A stretch of DNA of 42,314 bases. It comes from Methanobacteriota archaeon. GTDB taxonomy: Archaea; Hydrothermarchaeota; Hydrothermarchaeia; Hydrothermarchaeales; BMS3B. The DNA lies in NCBI GenBank assembly GCA_013152685.1, contig JAADFX010000121.1:1-42314 (forward strand), given 5' to 3'. The position numbers and the translations under genes were made by a program. Under the pieces are notes generated by a model that did no database searches, was not told where the DNA came from, and saw nothing but the letters and a program-made list of their open reading frames with translations. Shown here piece after piece: positions 13,031-21,857 of this stretch (within the stretch, counting starts at the first letter, position 1; every line of letters begins with the position of its first letter).

Positions 13031-14695
13031 ATGAGAGCCGATGTGGTGTTCGCCGCAGCAGTTATGTTCCTGCTCACCCTCCCGGTGGTCTTCTCCGCCG
13101 GCGAAGCCGTGATAGTCTCCGAGGTCGAGGGGCTGGGCGAGTACACTGAGGTGGAGAACCCCGTTTACATGCCCGGGGAGACGGTGAAGCTCTACATTGA
13201 GGCGGAGGACGTAAACCACGCGGGCTTTGTTGCTGTGAACTTCTACATTGTGATCTACAACAGCCGGTTTGAGATAAAGGATGTGCTCCCCTACACCGTA
13301 AGGTACAGGCGCTACCTGAGGGATGTGTACATAACCCCCGAGTTCAAAATTCCGGAGCACTGGGAGGAGGGAAAGTACTACATAAAAATCCACGCCTTCG
13401 ATGTGGCCGATGAGGATAAAGTCAGGAGGATGTACGCGCGGGCTCTGGACTGGTTCAATCCCGACTACGGTGCTGCCAAGTCCTTTACCGACCAGCCGGA
13501 GGGCGTCAACGTCGGGGGCTACTCCGGGTATCTGAAGAGCGAGAGCTCCGCCAGGGCAATTCTGACCAGGACGCTTAGCTTCACAGTGGTCAAGAGGAAG
13601 CAGGTGGTGGAGGAGGGGGCGCCGGAGAGGGAGATAGAGTACTACCCGGTGAACATCACCTACCACCTGGACTCCCAGCGGCTGAGCGCCCCGAAGTTTA
13701 TCTCCCAGAAGCCCTTCACCTTCAACTTTACCCTCTCCAGGGGCATCCACGGCGGCGTCGTTGCCCTGGACTACTTCTTCCTGATAACCAACAGGGATAA
13801 TGAGCCCATCTACTACTCCATGTCCCGGGAGAGGTACATAAAGTACCCGGGCAACTCCATCTCCCACACCTTCTCCTACCAGCTGCCCGAGGGAGAGTAC
13901 TACCTGCTGGTGAAGATCTACGACAGGGCCAATCCAGAGCCCCTCCGGAGCTTCATCCGCAGCCTCAGCGGCTATGCCGAGGAGTACGACATCAGGAAGA
14001 TTGACGCCTACCGGCGCATAAAGGAGGGCAGGGATGTGGACGATGTGCCCTACTCCACCCTGGGGATCCTGAAGCCCTCAACAGAAGAGAACCTGGTTTA
14101 CTTTGCCAAGATACCCTTCGAGGTGGTGACTGAGCTCAGGAAGGAGCGCCTCACAGTTCCGGTCATAAGGTACCTCTCCCTGGAGCCCAGCGAATTCATT
14201 ATAAACATCTCACAGCCCTTCTCCGTGAAGGTCAGGTTCAAGAACATTGGCAAGGAGGGCACCGTGGACATACTCATGGACATAAGGGGCGAGAGGCGGG
14301 GCTATCGCCTGAGGCAGACGGTGTTCGCGGAGCCGGGTGTGGAGAAGACGGTGGTCTTCAACGTCACCCTGCCGCTTACCGAGGGTCCGTGGAAGATATC
14401 AATTGTGAACTCCACCCTAAGCGAGGTGGTGCTGGTCCAGAGGCCTGAGGTGATTGAAAAGTTCGAGGCAAACCTGACGGAAGAGGAGGAGCTCTTTGCC
14501 CCGGTGGAGGTGGAGAAGCCGAAGACTCCCCTGGTAATAATCCTGCTTCTGGTGGTCGCCCTGGTGGCCCTGATGCTCATCCTCAGGAGGAGGTACGGCG
14601 GCGAGGTGCCCCAGGAGTTCGCCCTGCCCATAAAGATAACCCTTCTGCTCCAGCTCGCCCTGCTGGCGCTCTACCTCCTGTACATGTATAAATAA
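13031..14695 (+). CDS. Secreted Ig/CARDB-like repeat protein with C-terminal TM segments; hypothetical surface protein
   Basis: Signal peptide MRADVVFAAAVMFLLTLPVVFSA. Recurring EGKYYIKIHAFD / EGEYYLLVKIYD modules. CARDB-like ISQPFSVKVRFKNIGKEGTVDILMDI...VVFNVTLPL. TM PLVIILLLVVALVALMLILRRR and a second hydrophobic tail. Confidence 0.75.
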   Translation: MRADVVFAAAVMFLLTLPVVFSAGEAVIVSEVEGLGEYTEVENPVYMPGETVKLYIEAEDVNHAGFVAVNFYIVIYNSRFEIKDVLPYTVRYRRYLRDVYITPEFKIPEHWEEGKYYIKIHAFDVADEDKVRRMYARALDWFNPDYGAAKSFTDQPEGVNVGGYSGYLKSESSARAILTRTLSFTVVKRKQVVEEGAPEREIEYYPVNITYHLDSQRLSAPKFISQKPFTFNFTLSRGIHGGVVALDYFFLITNRDNEPIYYSMSRERYIKYPGNSISHTFSYQLPEGEYYLLVKIYDRANPEPLRSFIRSLSGYAEEYDIRKIDAYRRIKEGRDVDDVPYSTLGILKPSTEENLVYFAKIPFEVVTELRKERLTVPVIRYLSLEPSEFIINISQPFSVKVRFKNIGKEGTVDILMDIRGERRGYRLRQTVFAEPGVEKTVVFNVTLPLTEGPWKISIVNSTLSEVVLVQRPEVIEKFEANLTEEEELFAPVEVEKPKTPLVIILLLVVALVALMLILRRRYGGEVPQEFALPIKITLLLQLALLALYLLYMYK

Positions 14696-14733
14696 AATTT
14701 AATGTTATTGTTAAAATTTTGAAATAAGGTGAA

Positions 14734-17700
14734 ATGCGGGCCTGCTCTGCGCTTTTGCTGATTCTCCTCCTGGTCGGGGTGGTTAGGGCGGATGTGATAC
14801 AGGTTACCAGCTCCTCCGGGTGCGTCGCCGCCAACGCCACCTTCTCTGACCCCGGGGAGGCTGTTTTAAACTCCGGCGCCAACGATACCATCATCCTCTG
14901 CCCGGGTGTCTATGAGCTGTCCTCCCTCACCATCGACAAGCCCCTGAAGATAGCCGGCCACCTGCGCGGCACCGCGGTGCTGAACCTCTCCACCCCCGGC
15001 TACAGCAACCGGATCAGCATTCTTGCCGACGGCGTCGAGCTCAGGAACCTGACAGTTGTCTCGGGCGGGGTGAATGTGTACGCCCTCTACATAAGGGGCA
15101 GAAACATAACCGTTGAGGATGTGGCGGTGGAGGATGGCTTCTGGTACGGCTTCTACATAGTCTCCTCCCGAAATGTGGTGCTCAAGAGGGTGAGGGTTCG
15201 CAACATGGCTGAGGCAGCCCTCGAGGTGCGCGACACCACCGGGCTGATTCTGGAGGACTCCACCCTGGTGAGGGAGAGCAGCACCTCCAGCCAGTACACC
15301 GGCAGGTACGTGGCGCTTTACAATGTCTCCGGCTCCACCATAAGGAACAACAGCATCTTCGGCGTCGTGAGGGACAGGAGTGACGGCTACGACTCGGGTT
15401 TTGCCATATACCTGAACTCCTCCTCGGGGAACACAGTGGCAGGCAACTTCGTGCGTAGGGTGTCCTACTGCATATTTTTTGACGACCCCTCCTCCGGCAA
15501 CATCTTTTACAACAACTACTTTGAGTGCGGCACACCTCCCTGCCGGGACAACCTGGGCGGTGTGAACCACTACAACACCAGCAGGAGAGCGGGCCTCAAC
15601 ATCGTGGGCGGCGGCACCCTGCAGGGCAACTACTGGGGCGGCCTGCTGCCCTACAGCGGTAGCGACCTGGACGGCGATGGCATCGGCGACACCCAGCTTC
15701 CCTACAACGCCACGAAGCCCCAGGACGGCGTCACCTACATCCTGGGGGGCGGCGACTGGGGGCCGCTGATAAAGCAGCGGGAGACCTCGCCGCCGGTGGT
15801 GGTGTCTGTGAACCTCCTCCCTGACCAGGAGGTCGCCACCTGCACCGACCTCAACCTGACTGTCACCTCCTACGCCGAGAGGATAGAGGCGTGCACCCTC
15901 GAGCTGGATGGCAGGCAGCTGCCGATGAACGTCTCCGGCGGGAGCTACATATACTACTGCAGCTACCGCCTCTGCCCTGCCGACTTCTCCGGGGGCTACC
16001 TCCCCTACAGGGTGACGGTCAGGGACTCGGCAAACAACACGGCGGATTCAGGCTACAGGGGCCTGCTTGTAAACGCCTCTCCGGCGCTCATTCTAATACA
16101 CTCCCCGCGGGATGGTGCCGCCTACAACGTGAGCACCCTGCCCCTGGAGGTGGGAGCCAGCGACGGAGTTTCCCAGTGGACTTACTCCCTGGATGGCGGG
16201 GCGAACACCAGCTTCACCCCCAACACCACCATCACCGCCGGGGAGGGCTCCCACCTGCTGGAGGTGTATGCGAGGGACTCCGCGGGTTACCTCATATACC
16301 GGAACTCCAGCTTCACCGTTGACCTGACGCCACCCTCCATAAGCCTCACCTCCCCACTGAACGGCTCCATCTACACCACCCGGAATGTCACCCTCAACGG
16401 CACCTCGACGGAGGAGGTCAGCTGGAGCTATGTGCTGAACGGGAGGTCGGGCTACCCCTCGGGATTGCCCGCCAGCCTGAGCGCCGATGAGGGGGCGAAC
16501 CGCCTGCTCGTCAGGGCTGTTGACAGGGCCGGGAATGCCGCCGTCGCAGAGGTCAGCTTTACGGTGGACACATCTCCGCCCACCGCAGCCTCCTCCGCCG
16601 GCAGCAGCGTCAGGGTGGACGTCAACTCCTCCTACAACCTCTCCTGGAGGCTTTACGACAACCTCGCCGGCGGCTACTACAGGCTGCTGCTCAACGGCAG
16701 CCCGCTGGTGGACTGGCGCCCCTGGAGCAACGCCACCGCCGTGGAGGCTGCCGTGGACACCTCACGGCTGGTGGAGTACGTCTACACCCTTGAGTTCAAC
16801 GACTCCGCAGGCTGGCTGGCGGTGAGCCGCGTTGTGGTGGATGTCATCGACCCCAGCCCCCCGGTGATAAACATCACCTCCCCTGCTGACGGTGCCCTTT
16901 ACAGCACAGCTCAACTTCTCATCAACGCCACCGCAGACAGGGCGGTTCACACCTGGCTGTGGAGCCTCAACGGGAGCCAGAATCAGAGCTTCACCCCGCC
17001 GGCCGTGGTAAACCTGACCTCCGACGGCACGTATGTGCTGGACATCTGGGCGAACTCCACCTCTGGGGCGATGGGACACGCGTCGGTGTCCTTCAGCGTG
17101 GACACCACCCCGCCGGCGGTGGTTATAGCATCTCCGGCGAATGCCACCTACGCGGACACAAGAGTCCCCCTGCGGGTGAGCGCCGGGGAGCGGGTATTAA
17201 ACTGGAGCTACCGGCTGAATGGCGGTCCGGAGGTGGGCTTCACGCCAAACACCACGATTGCCGCGGCGGCGGGACAGAACCACCTGGTGGTGTACGCGCT
17301 GGACAGCGCCGGCAACAGGGGCAGTGCGTCGGTCTACTTTACCGTCTCACCCCCCTCCCCGTCCCCCGGTGGCGGCGGAGGCGGGGGGGCGAAGCAGAGC
17401 ACCAGGAGGCTGCAGCTCGTCCTGAAGGATGCGGAGGCCGGCGGGTATACCAGGCTTGAGGTGGAGAGGTGGAACATATCGGAGGTGCTGGTGAAGCCAC
17501 GCCACACCGTATATTACGGGGAGCTGGTGCTGGAGCTTCTGGAAGCCCCTCCGGAGGCTGAGCTTGAGGGGGAGGTGTACCTGAGCTTCAGGCTTGTGAC
17601 CCGGCCGGGCATGCTGGAGGAAGCCAGGATACGCTTCGGCGTTGACGAGGTCTGGCTCAGGCGTCTGAACCTGTCCCCGGAGGACGTGGGAGCGCTTTAC

Positions 17701-18096
17701 CTTACGTCAGAGGGCTGGAAGGAGGTAGCTGTCAGGAGGGCGGGTGTGCTCAACGGGACCCTGCTGTACGAGCTTGTGCTTCACGAGCCCGGGCGGTATG
17801 CTGTGGTTGCCTCGCCGCCCATTGCTGGAGCCGACCGCCTCGTGGATGAGGAGAAGCCCGAGTGGAGGTTCATCCCTCCCGGCACCGGAGCCGCGGGCGG
17901 TGGAGCGGGGGAGGTGAAGGAGGAGCCCGGGGTTTCAGCTCCTTCGCCCCCATCACCCGCGCCGGAGAACGGCAGGTCTGCGGGGTCCCCGCAGGAGGAG
18001 AGGGGTGGAATATGCGGTCCCACCCTTCTGCTTCTAGTCTCCCTTGTCCCGCTGCTCGGCGCCAGGCTTCTGCGTCAGCCTCAGCCTGCCGAGTAG
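14734..18096 (+). CDS. Large surface protein: right-handed beta-helix (NosD/PbH1-like), multiple Ig-like repeats, PGF-pre-PGF-like domain, C-terminal TM anchor
   Basis: Signal peptide MRACSALLLILLLVGVVRA. Beta-helix turns (NNSIFG, GNTVAGNFV, NIFYNNYF) and DLDGDGIGDTQLPY. Repeated ~95-aa modules (...SPRDGAAYNVSTLPLEV...WTYSLDGGANTSFTPNTTI...; ...SPADGALYSTAQLLINA...WLWSLNGSQNQSFTPPAVV...; ...SPANATYADTRVPLRV...WSYRLNGGPEVGFTPNTTI...). Gly7 linker. C-terminal GGICGPTLLLLVSLVPLLGARLLRQ. Confidence 0.85.
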   Translation: MRACSALLLILLLVGVVRADVIQVTSSSGCVAANATFSDPGEAVLNSGANDTIILCPGVYELSSLTIDKPLKIAGHLRGTAVLNLSTPGYSNRISILADGVELRNLTVVSGGVNVYALYIRGRNITVEDVAVEDGFWYGFYIVSSRNVVLKRVRVRNMAEAALEVRDTTGLILEDSTLVRESSTSSQYTGRYVALYNVSGSTIRNNSIFGVVRDRSDGYDSGFAIYLNSSSGNTVAGNFVRRVSYCIFFDDPSSGNIFYNNYFECGTPPCRDNLGGVNHYNTSRRAGLNIVGGGTLQGNYWGGLLPYSGSDLDGDGIGDTQLPYNATKPQDGVTYILGGGDWGPLIKQRETSPPVVVSVNLLPDQEVATCTDLNLTVTSYAERIEACTLELDGRQLPMNVSGGSYIYYCSYRLCPADFSGGYLPYRVTVRDSANNTADSGYRGLLVNASPALILIHSPRDGAAYNVSTLPLEVGASDGVSQWTYSLDGGANTSFTPNTTITAGEGSHLLEVYARDSAGYLIYRNSSFTVDLTPPSISLTSPLNGSIYTTRNVTLNGTSTEEVSWSYVLNGRSGYPSGLPASLSADEGANRLLVRAVDRAGNAAVAEVSFTVDTSPPTAASSAGSSVRVDVNSSYNLSWRLYDNLAGGYYRLLLNGSPLVDWRPWSNATAVEAAVDTSRLVEYVYTLEFNDSAGWLAVSRVVVDVIDPSPPVINITSPADGALYSTAQLLINATADRAVHTWLWSLNGSQNQSFTPPAVVNLTSDGTYVLDIWANSTSGAMGHASVSFSVDTTPPAVVIASPANATYADTRVPLRVSAGERVLNWSYRLNGGPEVGFTPNTTIAAAAGQNHLVVYALDSAGNRGSASVYFTVSPPSPSPGGGGGGGAKQSTRRLQLVLKDAEAGGYTRLEVERWNISEVLVKPRHTVYYGELVLELLEAPPEAELEGEVYLSFRLVTRPGMLEEARIRFGVDEVWLRRLNLSPEDVGALYLTSEGWKEVAVRRAGVLNGTLLYELVLHEPGRYAVVASPPIAGADRLVDEEKPEWRFIPPGTGAAGGGAGEVKEEPGVSAPSPPSPAPENGRSAGSPQEERGGICGPTLLLLVSLVPLLGARLLRQPQPAE

Positions 18097-18666
18097 CGCT
18101 CTGAGGAAGCTCCTGCTGCCCCTCCCGTTGGTGGCATACACCTTCTCAGCGCCCGAGCTGAATACGGTGCCCAGGCAGCTCTCACAGAAGAGCAGCGACT
18201 TTCTGTCTATCTCATCCACGGTGCTGGAGAACTTCATGTTGCACTCGCTGTTCTCGCAGTGCACCATGCCCAGGGTGTGCCCCAGCTCATGCAGCGCCTC
18301 CTTGAGCAGCCTCTCCAGGAACAGCTCCCTCTCCCATTCCCGGCCGTGCCGGGCATCCCGGAGTCGGAAGGGGGATATAACCGCCCACCTGCCCCCCAGC
18401 GCCGCAAGGCCGAAGATGTAGTCAACCCCCGCGACGGTGATGTCCCTGTCTATCACGGCGAGCACCCTCTCCGCCGCGGTGGGGCGTGAGGCCAGGGTGT
18501 CCAGGAGGTGGTCTGCCAGCACCTGCCCCCTGGAGTTGAAGCGGAGGGGCACCTCCACCGGAGGCGAAACCACAACCTCACCGAAGAACTCGGCCAGCCT
18601 GTCCCTGAGGTACCGCAGCCACTCGTCCTCAACGCAGCCAATGGGTAGTATCTCGAGCACCGTCAC
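18034..18666 (-). CDS. amzA: Archaemetzincin (peptidase M54)
   Basis: HELGHTLGMVHCENSECNMKFSSTVDEIDRKSLLFCESC matches the archaemetzincin signature HExxHxxGxxxCxxxxCxM...CxxC. Typical N-terminus MTVLEILPIG. The 3' tail overlaps the convergent 14734..18096 gene by 63 nt. Confidence 0.85.
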   Translation of the reverse strand: MTVLEILPIGCVEDEWLRYLRDRLAEFFGEVVVSPPVEVPLRFNSRGQVLADHLLDTLASRPTAAERVLAVIDRDITVAGVDYIFGLAALGGRWAVISPFRLRDARHGREWERELFLERLLKEALHELGHTLGMVHCENSECNMKFSSTVDEIDRKSLLFCESCLGTVFSSGAEKVYATNGRGSRSFLRALLGRLRLTQKPGAEQRDKGD

Positions 18667-18689
18667 AGATATACTCTATCTGCTTCACG

Positions 18690-18712
18690 ATTTAAAAATT
18701 TTTTTATATAAG
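18690..18712. promoter_or_regulatory. Shared AT-rich bidirectional promoter (tttaaaaatttttttatata) between amzA and the beta-helix/CWB2 gene
   Basis: Lies 24-44 nt from ATG 18666(-) and 20-40 nt from ATG 18731(+). Both transcripts would be (nearly) leaderless. Confidence 0.4.
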
Positions 18713-18730
18713 CTTGGAAAATATTTATCC

Positions 18731-20590
18731 ATGAGACACCTCCCCCTGCTCCTGCTGCTGCTCCTATCCCTTCCGGCGGCATTTCCGGCGACGGTGTGTC
18801 CCACGGGGTGCGACTACTCCTCCCTCCAGGAGGCGGTTTCCTCTGCCGCGGAGGGGGAGGTTATACTGGTGAAGGGGGGCAGCTATTCTGTCAATCTGGT
18901 GATAAACAGGAGCCTGACGGTGGTGGGCGAGGGCGGTGTGCTCCTCACGCCGGGAGATAGCAGGCTACCTGTGGTGTACGTGGTGTCCTCCGCCAACGTC
19001 ACCCTCAGGGGGCTGGGCATCGACGGCGCAGGACAGAGCTGCGTGGAGGTGGAGCTGTCACGCGGCGTGAGGCTTGAGGAGCTTGAGCTGAGGTCCTGCC
19101 TCTACGGGCTGAGGGTATCCGACTCCTCGAGGCTCGAGGCGGGGGCGCTTACGGTGGAGGGCGCCTCCTTTGGCGTTGAGGTTCAGAACACCACGGGGGT
19201 GAGGCTCGAGGGGCTCACCCTCAGGTCCCCGACTGTGGCGGGGGTAATCCTCTCCGGTAGCAGCGGCTGCTACCTGGGGAAGAGCAGCATACTCCCTGCT
19301 GGAGCTGCCGGCGGTCTCTATCTTCAGAATTCGGACAGCTGCACCATCTCCGAGGTGCTGGTGAGCGGCGGCGGCACGGCGGTTTCGCTTGACGGCTCCT
19401 CCGGGAACACCCTGAGGGGCATCAGGATAGCAGACTCCTCCACCGGCTTTGAGCTTTCAGGCTCCAGGGACAACACCATAACGGGCAGCTCTGTTTCGAG
19501 TGCCGGCGTCGCCGTGTACCTCAAAAACTCCCGGGGGAACCTGCTCTACGGGAACGACTTCACCTCCGGTGGTCCCCAGGCGGTGGTGGACGATAACCCG
19601 AACCTGTGGAACAGCAGCACCGGCAACTACTGGCGGGACTACGGGGGCAGGGACGCGGATGGCGATGGCTTTGGGGATGTGCCCTACGTTATAAACTCCC
19701 TGAATGTGGACCACCTGCCTGTGGTGAGGCCCTTCTTCGCCTTAGCCACCTCCTCGCCGCCCCCGCCTGCGGGGGGAGGCGCCGGGAAGAGGAGGGACCC
19801 CCTGGCTGCGGGCGAGTTTTTCAGGCTGGATGAGGAGCTTCTACTCAGCATACTGGACTACTTCGACGTCAGGGGTAGGGTGTACTCGGTATCCCCGGCT
19901 GCGGGCGCCGCCCTCCTCGCCATCAGAGACAGGAGTCTGTTTCCTGTGACGGGCGCCGGGGAGGTGGACTCCAGGCTGGGCGCTCCCGCGGAGTGGTCGG
20001 GCGGGGACTACAGCCTGGTTGTGGAGGAGGTGGGCAGCTCCTTCACCTTCTCGGAGGACGTGGTGGTGGCGCGGGGGGACATAGGCGCTGATGCGGTATC
20101 TGCGATAGCCTACGCCAGGGCGAGGAGGATACCCCTGCTCCTGGTGGAGCCCGGGCGCACCCCGGCCGAGGTGAGGGGGCTGATTGAGCGGCTGGGCGTC
20201 CGGAGGGTGGTGATAGTGGGCGGACCACGGGCGGTTTCCCCGGCTGTGGAGCGGGAGCTCGCCTCCCTGGCTGAGGTTGTCCGCATATACGGCGAAACCC
20301 GGGTGGAGACCTCCATCAGAATGGCGCAGGCGCTGGAAGGTGTCCGCGGCACCCCGAGGCTGCTGCTGGTGCAGGACGGCTGGCGCACTTCTCCCGGGGC
20401 TGCGATACTCTCCGCCCTGTATGAGGCTCCAGTGCTCTACGTGAGGGGCGACGAGCTCCCACCCTCTCTCGAGGAGTACCTAAAGGAGCTCTCGGGCAGG
20501 GGTGTGGCGGTGGTTTTTGCGGGGGTTTCCCCACCGGTGGAGTCGGCGGTGAGGGAGATACTCAAAGGTCAGAGAAGCCCCACTCCCTGA
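18731..20590 (+). CDS. Secreted beta-helix (NosD-like) protein with C-terminal cell-wall-binding-repeat-2 (CWB2)-like domain
   Basis: Start moved from the track's 18437 (which would overlap amzA antisense) to ATG 18731, giving MRHLPLLLLLLLSLPAAFPA. Beta-helix repeats and DADGDGFGDVPYV. The C-terminal half has CWB2-like motifs (RIPLLLV, VVIVGGPRAVSPAVE, RIYGETRVETSIRMAQ, APVLYV). Confidence 0.8.
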   Translation: MRHLPLLLLLLLSLPAAFPATVCPTGCDYSSLQEAVSSAAEGEVILVKGGSYSVNLVINRSLTVVGEGGVLLTPGDSRLPVVYVVSSANVTLRGLGIDGAGQSCVEVELSRGVRLEELELRSCLYGLRVSDSSRLEAGALTVEGASFGVEVQNTTGVRLEGLTLRSPTVAGVILSGSSGCYLGKSSILPAGAAGGLYLQNSDSCTISEVLVSGGGTAVSLDGSSGNTLRGIRIADSSTGFELSGSRDNTITGSSVSSAGVAVYLKNSRGNLLYGNDFTSGGPQAVVDDNPNLWNSSTGNYWRDYGGRDADGDGFGDVPYVINSLNVDHLPVVRPFFALATSSPPPPAGGGAGKRRDPLAAGEFFRLDEELLLSILDYFDVRGRVYSVSPAAGAALLAIRDRSLFPVTGAGEVDSRLGAPAEWSGGDYSLVVEEVGSSFTFSEDVVVARGDIGADAVSAIAYARARRIPLLLVEPGRTPAEVRGLIERLGVRRVVIVGGPRAVSPAVERELASLAEVVRIYGETRVETSIRMAQALEGVRGTPRLLLVQDGWRTSPGAAILSALYEAPVLYVRGDELPPSLEEYLKELSGRGVAVVFAGVSPPVESAVREILKGQRSPTP

Positions 20591-21857
20591 GGTGGACGTG
20601 CTCCTCACCGCTCCTGAGCCTCTCTATCCTCTCCTCCGTCAGGGCGATGTACCTCCTCAGGTCCTCCTCCAGCCTTGCCACCCTCTCCAGGTCTATCCTG
20701 GAGCCCAGGTCGCCACCGCCTCCCAGCGAGTCCCTGAAGCGTCTGTACTTCTCCAGGCTCTTCTCCATTATTCCGCGCAGGCTGAAGCCACCCAGGAGGA
20801 TGAGCACATCCACTGTGCTCCTTCCGGGCTCTGCGACCAGGCTGGTGTACCTGAGCACTCCCTCCCCTGCCAGGTGCCGGGATGCCCACTCCCTGGCCAC
20901 GTCCTCCAGGTCCTCCTGGGTAATCTCGCCGCCTGTCACCCTCTCCTCGGGTGCCGCAACCACGATGTAGGCCATCGTGCCGGTTCCCCTCTCCACAGGC
21001 GCCATGGCGTTGCCGGAGGCGCTCTCCAGCATCGCCTCCAGGCTCAGCACCTCAGGGTCGTTCCCCAGGCTGAGGCAGGGGGTGAAGTGCACAGTGCCGA
21101 TGTTGCTGGGCAGCTGGTAGTAGTCGGCAATGTCTATAGTGGCCCTGGACCACCGGCTGCTGGGCGCAATGAGCAGGTGTATTGTCCTTATAATCTCCTG
21201 GTTTATCCTGTGGTATCGCTCCGCCCTCTGCCCCCTCCTGATGCCCAGCACCCTCTCCACCTGGGAGTTGTCCACCAGTATCACCAGGGCGGCGTTCTGC
21301 TCACCCTCGTAGCGCAGGAGCCTCGCAAGGCCGCAGATGGCGTTGAAGTGCCTCTGGGGCCCCTCGAAGTCGTAGGGGAGGATTCCCAGCGCCAGGAAGT
21401 TGTTGACCCTCTCCAGCCCCTGTCCCGGGTTCCTCCTCACCCTGTGGATGATGTAGGGCAGCGAGCCGTTCCCCGTGCCTCCGCCCAGGGTGGTGATCCC
21501 CAGAAGCACATCGCTGCTCCTGAGCCTGAGGTCAGCGATGTACCTCCTGATGCTGTCGTAGTCGTCCATCGCCTCCCTCTCACCCAGCACCCAGTTGTTC
21601 CCCGCCCCGCTCGGAGCCCTTCCGAAGATGCAGACGCGCCTCCTCCTTATCCTCTCGAACTCCTTCCTGAGCTCCGGCTCTGAGGCAAATATCTGCTCCA
21701 GGGGCGCCTCCGGCCTCAGGTCTGCCGGCGTAGTGTTCAGCAGCAGCACCCTGTCCTCAATTGCGGGGTTCCTGTACTTTGCGTAGTAGAGGAAGGCTAT
21801 CCTGTTGGCGCCCTGCCCGCTTGCGATTATTCCCCACCGCGTTAGCATTTTCTTCAA
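20562..21857 (-). CDS. Divergent tubulin/FtsZ-superfamily GTPase, CetZ-like (protein B of the pair)
   Basis: IIASGQGANRI (T1-like), GAGNNW (T3-like), GGGTGNG (nt 21465-21485, signature), ILPYDFEG...LVILVDNSQV, TIDIADY (T7-like), and a C-terminal domain ending VDVLILLGGFS. The TTG start overlaps the upstream stop (TTGA); an alternative ATG lies at 21848. Confidence 0.75.
   Translation of the reverse strand: MKKMLTRWGIIASGQGANRIAFLYYAKYRNPAIEDRVLLLNTTPADLRPEAPLEQIFASEPELRKEFERIRRRRVCIFGRAPSGAGNNWVLGEREAMDDYDSIRRYIADLRLRSSDVLLGITTLGGGTGNGSLPYIIHRVRRNPGQGLERVNNFLALGILPYDFEGPQRHFNAICGLARLLRYEGEQNAALVILVDNSQVERVLGIRRGQRAERYHRINQEIIRTIHLLIAPSSRWSRATIDIADYYQLPSNIGTVHFTPCLSLGNDPEVLSLEAMLESASGNAMAPVERGTGTMAYIVVAAPEERVTGGEITQEDLEDVAREWASRHLAGEGVLRYTSLVAEPGRSTVDVLILLGGFSLRGIMEKSLEKYRRFRDSLGGGGDLGSRIDLERVARLEEDLRRYIALTEERIERLRSGEEHVHLREWGFSDL

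Noticed and set aside
13001-13867. 288-aa minus-strand ORF, and 11979..12761 (260 aa)
   Set aside because: They are antisense to the CARDB-like surface protein and pentahaem/lipoprotein genes, which have signal peptides, haem motifs and SD sequences.
17368-17389. G-rich tract (ggtggcggcggaggcggggggg) as a possible slippage or phase-variation site
   Set aside because: It encodes an in-frame Gly7 linker between domains. The pure G run is only 7 nt, so there is no evidence of frame switching.
18437-18730. N-terminal extension of the 717-aa ORF
   Set aside because: It would overlap the archaemetzincin gene in antisense and cross the AT-rich promoter. ATG 18731 yields a clean signal peptide.
20592-21683. 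363-aa plus-strand ORF
   Set aside because: It is antisense to the tubulin-like protein B gene. It is P/Q/H/L-rich and has no motifs.
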